Below, piece after piece: positions 51,334-58,385 of a stretch of 64,000 nucleotides of DNA. The notes under the pieces are model-generated. The model was not told where the DNA came from. It saw only the letters and a list, made by a program, of their open reading frames with translations, and ran no database searches. Source of the stretch: Acutalibacteraceae bacterium (GTDB taxonomy: Bacteria > Bacillota > Clostridia > Oscillospirales > Acutalibacteraceae). The translations under genes were made by a program, and so were the position numbers. Each line of letters begins with the position of its first letter. Position 1 is the first letter of the stretch. Location of the stretch: NCBI GenBank assembly GCA_045587185.1, contig JAZNBS010000050.1:6564-70563 (forward strand). Reading direction: 5' to 3'.

Positions 51334-52383
51334 ATGCAAGAGTTACTAATGTCTTTGTTACAATTAGTTTTACTATTGCTTAACCCAGTTTTTTTAATTC
51401 CTGCAATAATAATTATTGTTGTGCTTGTAAAGAAAGACAAGGAATATAAAAACGGTGCATATTATCAAATCACCAAACACCCCTATTTTTCAGTAAAACA
51501 CAATACTGGTAGATATGGCGAATATCTCACATACAAATATCTCAAACAGTTTGAAACCAACGGAGCGAAATTTCTTTTTAATATCTACATACCCAAAGAG
51601 AACGGCGAAACCACCGAAATTGATGTGTTAATGATATGTAAAAAAGGTTTATTTGTTTTTGAGAGCAAAAATTATAGTGGTTGGATTTTCGGTAGTGAAA
51701 ATCAAAAGAATTGGTATCAAACATTACCTGCTGGTAGAGGTCGGAGCCATAAAGAGCATTTTTACAATCCAATAATGCAAAACCGCTCACACATAAAACA
51801 CCTTAAAGCATTTTTAGGCGAACAAGTACCTATGCGGTCAATCATTGTTTTTTCCGATAGATGCACATTAAAAAGTGTTCAAATCCGTAGCAATGATATA
51901 AGCGTTATAAATCGTTATAGCGTTGCACCAGTTGTATCTGGTATCTGTAACCAAATTCCCAATGATTTACTTACTGATAACGATATTACAGAGATTTATA
52001 ACAAATTATATCCCTACACACAAGTTGATGAACTTGCCAAAATGCAACACATAGCAAATATCCATAACAATTTGAAACCGCAAACTGCTCAACCAGTTAA
52101 TGAAACACCTGCTCAAGTTATTCCACAAAACAAGACCGAAATAGTTACAGAGCAACCAGATGCGGTTGCTATTGATACAACAATCGCAACAGAAGAAACA
52201 CCGATTATTGAAACTACCGAACCAGCAACAACAGAAACAAGAGAGCAACAAACATTAAAATGTCCTAAGTGTAACGGTGATTTAATTTTAAGAACTGCAA
52301 CCAGAGGAGCAAATGCAGGTAATCAATTTTATGGTTGCTCAAATTATCCTAAATGTAAATACATACAAAACATAACAAATTAA
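51334..52383 (+). CDS. NERD-domain protein with an N-terminal TM and a C-terminal topoisomerase-type C4 zinc finger
   Basis: EIDVLMICKKGLFVFESKNYSG is the NERD core. CPKCNGDLILR...FYGCSNYPKCKY is a zf-C4-Topoisom-like finger. Confidence 0.75.
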   Translation: MQELLMSLLQLVLLLLNPVFLIPAIIIIVVLVKKDKEYKNGAYYQITKHPYFSVKHNTGRYGEYLTYKYLKQFETNGAKFLFNIYIPKENGETTEIDVLMICKKGLFVFESKNYSGWIFGSENQKNWYQTLPAGRGRSHKEHFYNPIMQNRSHIKHLKAFLGEQVPMRSIIVFSDRCTLKSVQIRSNDISVINRYSVAPVVSGICNQIPNDLLTDNDITEIYNKLYPYTQVDELAKMQHIANIHNNLKPQTAQPVNETPAQVIPQNKTEIVTEQPDAVAIDTTIATEETPIIETTEPATTETREQQTLKCPKCNGDLILRTATRGANAGNQFYGCSNYPKCKYIQNITN

Positions 52384-52420
52384 AAAATCCTGTGAGCAAA
52401 TTTGCTCATAGGATTTTTTT
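52383..52420. terminator. Bidirectional terminator between the NERD gene and mob
   Basis: aatcctgtgagcaaa/tttgctcataggatt flanked by A- and T-runs. Confidence 0.75.
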
Positions 52421-53471
52421 AATGGTCCAAAATATCATCAATCGTTCGGTGTTGCTCTTGGATGCTCTCTTGTAAATCCGTGAGATATTTTAAGAGTGTG
52501 ATGTTTTTGCCTTCGTGTTGAATTACAACATTGCCGGCTAATTTAAGTAAACTCTCATATGTATTACATTTATCAATGAGTTCAAGATAACGTTCTGGAA
52601 CGAGTTCGCCGTGTTCTTTAACCATTGCTTTAATGTCAGCGAGATTTTGTTCAGCAGTTTTAAGCTCATCCAGTTTTAGAGAATATTCAGCGTCAACCTG
52701 TGCTTTCCATTCTCTAATAGATTGATGTTTACGAAATTTAGGTATCTTTTCGCCGTACTTTTCACAGTATGCCTTTACCTGCTCATAGGTAATTGAACCA
52801 TCCTTATTGCCAAAACCTTTTCTTTTTGCACGTTGACACAAAGCAAGATAATCGTTATATCTGGAATGACCTCGTTTCAAATCAAACTCTTTCATTGCCT
52901 CGGCATACCTATCTTGTAGTTTACTCAAATCGCCACGGCCACCTAAAATATCTTTTGCCATAAACAATAAATTTCTGCCGATTGTTGCATACACAAAATG
53001 GATATGTGGAGTGTCCTCATCCATATGCAGTTCAAGTCTTACGGGCACACAACCCTTTGAATTAAATTCCTTTTCAAGAAATTTCATATTTGCTCGGACC
53101 CAGTTATCAACATCAACCTTTCCTGCCATATCTGGCGAAAAGGTTAGTACACCCTCAAATGCTTGTGCTGCTCTTTTCTGCATATGTCTTTTTGCTTTTT
53201 CATCACCTGTCCGTGTTGCATTGAATTTGTCAATTTCGGAATTATAAAATTCTCTTGCCTTATCTATTTTGGAAGCAATTTTTTTGAAGGGCCAAGGGTT
53301 GTGTAGTATGCTCCGATTTTCACTAGATAATTCTGGATGTGAAATATCAGCGGCTTGTTCGTGCTTATCCAAATGTCGTAAAGATTGCGACAGAGTTTTT
53401 GCACCACGACCGTGTGTTTGTAATTTCACTATTCTAAAAATGCAAAACTCTTTTGACTTCTCTTTTGCCAT
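52419..53471 (-). CDS. MobV-family (Pre/Mob) plasmid mobilization relaxase
   Basis: LELHMDEDTPHIHFV is the HxDE..PHxH motif III of MobV relaxases. The N-terminal region is relaxase-like and the C-terminus is a coiled coil. Confidence 0.85.
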   Translation of the reverse strand: MAKEKSKEFCIFRIVKLQTHGRGAKTLSQSLRHLDKHEQAADISHPELSSENRSILHNPWPFKKIASKIDKAREFYNSEIDKFNATRTGDEKAKRHMQKRAAQAFEGVLTFSPDMAGKVDVDNWVRANMKFLEKEFNSKGCVPVRLELHMDEDTPHIHFVYATIGRNLLFMAKDILGGRGDLSKLQDRYAEAMKEFDLKRGHSRYNDYLALCQRAKRKGFGNKDGSITYEQVKAYCEKYGEKIPKFRKHQSIREWKAQVDAEYSLKLDELKTAEQNLADIKAMVKEHGELVPERYLELIDKCNTYESLLKLAGNVVIQHEGKNITLLKYLTDLQESIQEQHRTIDDILDH

Positions 53472-53679
53472 AAAAAATTTTTACACATCCTTTCCTCAAT
53501 TTTTTACATCCAAAACAAAAAACTTTGTGAAGTTTTTGTTTTGTCTTTGCCTTGCTAAAAATCTTTTTTCGTTGATACGAAAAAACCTTTTCATCAAGCC
53601 GTATCATTCACACTCATTGCTGATGCAATAAGTATGAAAGATACTGCAAAAAAATAGCGGAAATTCTATGTACCCACTA

Positions 53680-53850
53680 CAAACAAGCAAACTTGTTTGA
53701 TGGGCCAAGGTGCTACCTTGGAACCGTTTAAGGATTGCATCCTTAAAAATCCTGCCACCGAAAAAAGCGTATACGCTTTTTTATACGGCAAAAAATACCG
53801 TATGCGGTAAGGTGAAAAATACCTTACCCACCGCCTTAATTTTTGCCGTA
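53680..53850. other. Hairpin-dense non-coding region upstream of mob: candidate oriT (or single-strand origin)
   Basis: Inverted repeats at 53680-53699, 53705-53721, 53729-53745, 53761-53782, 53796-53809 and 53806-53828. Distal inverted pair tacggcaaaaa/tttttgccgta. Confidence 0.4.
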
Positions 53851-53973
53851 TTGTATGAACTATATTTTTGTGTTTGAGAACAAAAAATATAATTCATACT
53901 TTGTGTAAGACAATAACGGCTGATGCCTTATATTTTGCCTTACACATACGGATGAAAGGAGTTGTTTTTTATT

Positions 53974-54498
53974 ATGGATAAAAAAGATATACGTGTTTAT
54001 CTGGATGCTGACTTTTGCGACCACTTAAAAAGCATTGCAAAAGATAAAGGTATTTCTGTAAATTCGCTTGTTAGCGAATTAGTGAAAAAGAAATATCCTA
54101 TGCAGAGCAAAGATATTTCCATCAAACTGAATGATGATAAAATTGTTTTACTTAAAAAGGCGGCACAAAAGAGAAATACAACAATTAGTGAATTGTTGAT
54201 TTCTCTTGTTGATGATTTCTTGTTGTCGGTGAAACAACCCGCACTTGATGAAATTCCGCTTGATGCCGAAACTGGTGAAACTGCATCAACCATTGCCTGT
54301 GAAAGTGAGAATGTGCAACCTGTTGATGTTGTAAAACCAACCGCAACGGATGATGACCGCAAACAGAAAGAACGCCGACTTGCTGATGTTAATTACAAAC
54401 TCAAAAGAGCATACAATGGTGATAAACTACCAAAAGATGAATTTCAGCAGTTAAGAGATGAACAAGCATCTTTACGTGCTGAACTCGGTCATAACTAA
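53974..54498 (+). CDS. Hypothetical protein with two ribbon-helix-helix (CopG-like) modules
   Basis: IRVYLDADFCDHLKSIAKDKGISVNSLVSELV and ISIKLNDDKIVLLKKAAQKRNTTISELLISLV resemble tandem RHH units. Confidence 0.5.
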   Translation: MDKKDIRVYLDADFCDHLKSIAKDKGISVNSLVSELVKKKYPMQSKDISIKLNDDKIVLLKKAAQKRNTTISELLISLVDDFLLSVKQPALDEIPLDAETGETASTIACESENVQPVDVVKPTATDDDRKQKERRLADVNYKLKRAYNGDKLPKDEFQQLRDEQASLRAELGHN

Positions 54499-54796
54499 AA
54501 ATCATCACAAAATCGCTCCACCGAGCGATTTTCACAGTACCAACAAAGTGATACTAAAATCACACATCACCGTAGGTGATACCAAAAGCGACAGTTTAAC
54601 ACCATCTAACTGATACTCATTCAACACTTTCAAAGGTTCGCCGCCTGTCCGTGCAATTTATCGCACGGGATAACATATCAAATCACAAAACCACCTGCAC
54701 AGGAAAGCAGGTGGTTTTTTCATAAAGTGCAACAACCTATTCAACGCCAAGAAATAAAATCACAAGAACATCAAAAAATCCGTATGCCAACTTTAA

Positions 54797-55001
54797 GAGT
54801 TTGCAATCACCGATTTTTCACATCGCATCAGCGATGCCAAAAAATATATACAACTCTTAAAGGTTAAGTTTGCAAACCCTTAAAATAACCAAAAAGAAAA
54901 AGCGAACATTCTCAAATGTTCGCCACCAGTAAAACCGCATTAAGTTAATCAGACCATTAAAAACACGAGCATCTGGAATTTATAAGCTCAAGTTTGCAAT
55001 C
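54797..55001 (+). repeat. Three dispersed copies of the (a/g)AGTTTGCAA(t/a)C motif with flanking CTTAAA: iteron-like repeats
   Basis: gagtttgcaatc at 54797-54808, aagtttgcaaac at 54866-54877 and aagtttgcaatc at 54990-55001. Copies 2 and 3 are followed by c(c/t)cttaaaata. Confidence 0.45.
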
Positions 55002-55357
55002 TCTTAAAATACACACATCCAGAATAACACACTTTAACTCATATCTTTTTTATCCGCAAAGTACGGCCACCGTAACACCTACTTTGCGGAATCCGTTATA
55101 GAAAACCTAACGGTTCCAACGTATGTTAAATTAACACTATTGAATATAAGAAGAGAGATACAAAAACGAAAAAATGCCGTAAACCCTTATAAATACAAGA
55201 GAAAACGGCATTTTCAATGGTGACAAATATGTCTTATAATAGTGACAGATTTGTCAGGGTTTAGTGCAAAAAAATGCACCAAATTAAAAACAAATCTATC
55301 ATATTTACCTTACAAATAAAAAAGACCATCAAACGATGGTCGGAAAGGGGTAATAAT

Positions 55358-55819
55358 ATGACAACTAAAATTGAAAAAGGAATTTCAATAAACACCATAA
55401 CAGGCGAAGTTTGTGATGTTTATATTGAGAAAGAGGTTAGCAGCCAAAACTTTTGGAAAATCTGGTTAGGTGATATTTTAACAGTTTTGGGTATCATTTC
55501 AAATAGTAAACAGTTAGATGTTATAATTTACATTATGGAAAATATAAGACCAAGCGACAATCTTTTTATTGGTAGTTATGAAAAAATCGCCAATGGTTCT
55601 GGTGTGTCTAAAAGAACTGTTATAAGAATAATGCAAAAACTATTTGAAACAGAATTTTTAAAAAAGGTTCAAAATGGTGTTTACGCAGTAAATGCCAAAT
55701 ATTTAGTTAAAGGCAATGAGAATAAGCGTAGAATGATTATTGACTACCAAAGCACACTTGAACCTTACAATAAGAATGATGCATCCGCAAACCTAAACGA
55801 TGATACGGATGCAGAATAA
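55358..55819 (+). CDS. RepL-like / winged-helix plasmid replication protein
   Basis: SKQLDVIIYIMENI...IANGSGVSKRTVIRIMQKL resembles the HTH core of Firmicute RepL-type initiators. AAAGGGG RBS. Confidence 0.55.
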   Translation: MTTKIEKGISINTITGEVCDVYIEKEVSSQNFWKIWLGDILTVLGIISNSKQLDVIIYIMENIRPSDNLFIGSYEKIANGSGVSKRTVIRIMQKLFETEFLKKVQNGVYAVNAKYLVKGNENKRRMIIDYQSTLEPYNKNDASANLNDDTDAE

Positions 55820-55930
55820 AAAACGATATGCAGAATTTTTCGTTTTTCAAACACATCAATCATAATTATATTTGAGTGAAGTAGAGAGCACTCAAATCCA
55901 TTCAGATTGTTCTTACATAGAGCATATCGG

Positions 55931-55961
55931 GGAGCAAGGTTATCCGCCTTGCTCCTTTTTT
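55931..55961 (+). terminator. Rho-independent terminator after the RepL-like gene
   Basis: ggagcaagg-ttatccg-ccttgctcc followed by TTTTTT. Confidence 0.75.
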
Positions 55962-56031
55962 ATTTTTGCTCATAGGCAAAAAGGAAAGCACACCCGAAAA
56001 GGTGTGCTTAAAATTTTACTTAATTACTCAA

Positions 56032-56268
56032 TTAAGAAACAGTGCTATAAACGATGTCAGTAGCATCTGCAATAGTTACAGCGCCGCCAGAAGCCTGTGA
56101 AAGACCAACATTCATTGCTTCCTTAGAAACATTGAAAAGTGACTGAGTGGTGTTCTTTACAGCCTCAGCAATGTACTTACCGAAAGGTGTAGCAAGTGCA
56201 ATCATAACAACGAGTACGAGTACACAGATAACAACCCAACCGTAATTAGAAAGTGTTTCCTTATCCAT
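56032..56268 (-). CDS. Hypothetical 78-aa protein with one N-terminal TM
   Basis: GAAAGGAG RBS. MDKETLSNYGWVVICVLVLVVMIALATPFG followed by a polar tail. Confidence 0.5.
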   Translation of the reverse strand: MDKETLSNYGWVVICVLVLVVMIALATPFGKYIAEAVKNTTQSLFNVSKEAMNVGLSQASGGAVTIADATDIVYSTVS

Positions 56269-56461
56269 TTAGATTTTCTCCTTTCAAAAATTCAATTTTA
56301 TTTGCAAATAAACCTTTTTGTATGTCATTCCAGATAATGCAAACGATTGAGATATTCGTGCTTAAACAGATATTTGATACATTGTTTTTATTTGCTTGAT
56401 TTAATTATGTTAAATACTTTTTGAAAACGAAGAAAACTTTTTATTGATATAGGAAACAGAC

Positions 56462-56498
56462 AAAAAAGATATGCAGAAAATATCTACATATCTTTTTT
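56462..56498. terminator. Hairpin with an A-run and a T-run just inside the right end of the element
   Basis: [28 protein letters not shown], about 70 nt downstream of the truncated cotJC stub on the minus strand. Confidence 0.5.
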
Positions 56499-56570
56499 AC
56501 TGCAGACCCAGCCGAAAACTGCTTGAACGCTGATTTTGTTGCAAAAAACCGACATTTCCTATAACTTTTT

Positions 56571-56783
56571 TCAAAATGCACAATATTTTTCCTCTATACC
56601 AACATCAGTCAGAAGACCTTTGAGTTCGGCTGTTGGCATTGCATAACGTTGACTGAGGTATCTCAAACTTGCGCCTATCTCTCCATCGGGACCGCCGTAT
56701 TGCGAAATGATAAGGCTTGCAAGTTTAGGGTTTGTCTGCTTTATCTTAATGGGATATTGAAGTTTTTTCTGATATTGCCACAT
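56571..56783 (-). pseudogene. cotJC: cotJC 5' portion. CotJC-matching sequence runs to the break region 56589-56600, then a short element-encoded tail and a stop codon
   Basis: MWQYQKKLQYPIKIKQTNPKLASLIISQYGGPDGEIGASLRYLSQRY...LLTDVG matches the CotJC N-terminus. The ORF ends ...IEEKYCAF*. Confidence 0.85.
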
Positions 56784-57035
56784 TTAGTTTGCCTCCTTTT
56801 CCCAGGGCCATGGTGCTTTTATCCAGTCAAATCCGTCAGAGCCGAAATCGGAACTGAGTGTAAGTGGACCGTATTCTTCTTCGTATTCCTTGACAAGTTC
56901 CTTATATCTCAGGCGGTAAATTTCAAACTTTTTGAGTGCCTCTTTGTCACAGGGATGAGTGTCAAGAAAAAGTCCTGTTTCAAGCATAGCAAATTGCGCC
57001 GCGCGTACGGCATCAAGAAGTCTCTGCTTTTCCAT
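56784..57035 (-). CDS. cotJB: Spore coat protein CotJB
   Basis: FAMLETGLFLDTHPCDKEAL...Y...YGPLT and the C-terminal W.W...PWPWE motif. Confidence 0.9.
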   Translation of the reverse strand: MEKQRLLDAVRAAQFAMLETGLFLDTHPCDKEALKKFEIYRLRYKELVKEYEEEYGPLTLSSDFGSDGFDWIKAPWPWEKEAN

Positions 57036-57256
57036 TATTTTCTCGCCCCCGTAAATTTGCCGTAAAACGGCTTGTCAAGGTCAGGGAAAAGTGTGCCGCG
57101 TTCCAGAGCGTCATTCTCGGAATAGACTTCTCCCCATTTTTGCATTGGCACATAAGCCATGGTTAAAGGCAGGTTTTTCAGTTGTGTGTCACTGAATTTC
57201 ATCTGTTTGTCATGTCGCTCAGGCATAACAAAGCCTTTAAATTTCAAATCTGACAT
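57035..57256 (-). CDS. cotJA: Spore coat-associated protein CotJA
   Basis: LAMAYVPMQKW...Y....AL..GT.FP.L..PF pattern. Overlaps the cotJB start. Confidence 0.85.
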   Translation of the reverse strand: MSDLKFKGFVMPERHDKQMKFSDTQLKNLPLTMAYVPMQKWGEVYSENDALERGTLFPDLDKPFYGKFTGARK

Positions 57257-57422
57257 TGCAAACTCCTTTTATATTAAATTATTTGACAAGCGTCAAATAA
57301 GGGGGGAATACCCCCTCATACCATCCTATGACAGGCCCAAAAACACGTTAAATAAATTTTTCAAAAATTTTGAAAATAATGCTTGCATTTTGGCAGTAAG
57401 TGTGGTAATATATTTGCGTTGC

Positions 57423-57499
57423 CCGGGTGTAGCCCAGTTTGGTAGAGCGCTTGAATGGGGTTCAAGAGGCCGCAGGTTCGACTCCTGTCACTCGGACCA
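57423..57499 (+). tRNA. tRNA-Pro (anticodon GGG)
   Basis: Hand-folded cloverleaf. Acceptor stem CCGGGTG/CACTCGG (one G-U pair), anticodon stem CTTGA/TCAAG, loop AT-GGG-GT, T-loop TTCGACT and an encoded CCA. There is one C-A mismatch in the D stem. Confidence 0.85.
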
Positions 57500-57536
57500 A
57501 AACCGAATTCATCCTTTTGGATGGGTTCGGTTTTTA
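57500..57536 (+). terminator. Rho-independent terminator after the tRNA
   Basis: aaccgaattcatcc-tttt-ggatgggttcggtt followed by TTT. Confidence 0.7.
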
Positions 57537-57634
57537 CTTTTTGATATTATCTGAACTGCGGCCGATTGAAATTTTTGTTGTTGTCATTGGTAAAAAAGTA
57601 GAGTTCACAGTAAATTGTCTGTGAACTCTTTTGT

Positions 57635-58303
57635 CTATTCTTTCTTTACAATATTGCATTCTCCGTTTTCAAAAACAGTCATTATAAAGATATCCTTGAG
57701 TTGAAGATTTTTTTTCTTAAGTTTTTTATCAATATCCTCTTTTTTGAGTTTTAAACTTTCCATTGCTTTTTTCATCAGTTTACCGTCGCTGACAACGAGA
57801 CAGGGCATACCTGTCGGTGTTTCTATGCCGTTCAGGTCATTTACGCTTGCGGTTTGGAATTCAGGTTTTAATAAAACACTCATCTGACCGTTGGTTTCCA
57901 AAATAGCATATGCAACCTGATTTAGATCAAAAACCTCTTGGTTTCGCAAAACTTCAAGCAGATCGGGCACTGTGACTCTGAGTTTCCTCAACATCCGTTG
58001 GTCGATTTTTCCGTCTTTAATTATTATGCATGAACTGCCGTAAAACAATTTTCTCAGCCACAACGATTTCATTGCGAAAAAGGATATGATAATCTCCAAC
58101 ACGACAAGCGTCATTGTTGCTATGATGCCTGTTAATATTGGCATATCTAGGTCCTGTATCGGCATTGCCGCAATTTCTGATATCAGAATAGTTATAACCA
58201 ACTCTGACGGTTGCATATCACCGATCTGCCGTTTCCCCATAAGTCGAATTGCAAAAATAACAACAAAGTATAATACGCTGGTACGCAAAAATGTCTGAAG
58301 CAT
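57635..58303 (-). CDS. DUF421 (YetF/YdfS-like) membrane protein
   Basis: IRLMGKRQIGDMQPSELVITILISEIAA motif with a C-terminal DUF421-like domain. Start uncertain; the ORF is open to 58348. Confidence 0.75.
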   Translation of the reverse strand: MLQTFLRTSVLYFVVIFAIRLMGKRQIGDMQPSELVITILISEIAAMPIQDLDMPILTGIIATMTLVVLEIIISFFAMKSLWLRKLFYGSSCIIIKDGKIDQRMLRKLRVTVPDLLEVLRNQEVFDLNQVAYAILETNGQMSVLLKPEFQTASVNDLNGIETPTGMPCLVVSDGKLMKKAMESLKLKKEDIDKKLKKKNLQLKDIFIMTVFENGECNIVKKE

Positions 58304-58385
58304 AAACTCACCAAATGTTTTTAAGGTTATTATACCCTTAAAAAACAAAAAAGAGTGTTAAAACACTCTTTTTTGTTGCACAAAT

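Larger units (their letters stand above)
49072..56598. mobile_element. 7.5-kb integrated element inside cotJC (serine recombinase, NERD protein, MobV relaxase, RHH protein, RepL-like protein)
   Basis: Bounded by ttcctcAGtacc (49060-49071) and ttcctcTAtacc (56589-56600). The recombinase gene lies at the left end and the host gene halves flank the element. Confidence 0.8.

Noticed and set aside
55872-56063. 63-aa plus-strand ORF between the RepL-like gene and the small membrane protein gene.
   Set aside because: It spans two terminator hairpins (55931-55961 and 55988-56011), has no RBS and overlaps the convergent gene end. It is most likely non-coding.
49072-56598. Interpreting the insertion as a prophage or prophage remnant like skin or SPbeta.
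   Set aside because: No capsid, portal, terminase, tail, holin or lysin genes are recognisable. The identifiable genes are plasmid-type (MobV, RepL-like, RHH).
57257-57340. Search for a sigma-E type promoter (ATA...CATACA-T) upstream of cotJA.
   Set aside because: Only a GTCATA-like -35 could be seen, with no acceptable -10 at proper spacing. I cannot call a promoter by eye.
57423-57499. tRNA-Pro as the integration target of the element.
   Set aside because: Both junctions and the direct repeat lie inside cotJC. The tRNA is intact and 0.8 kb away.
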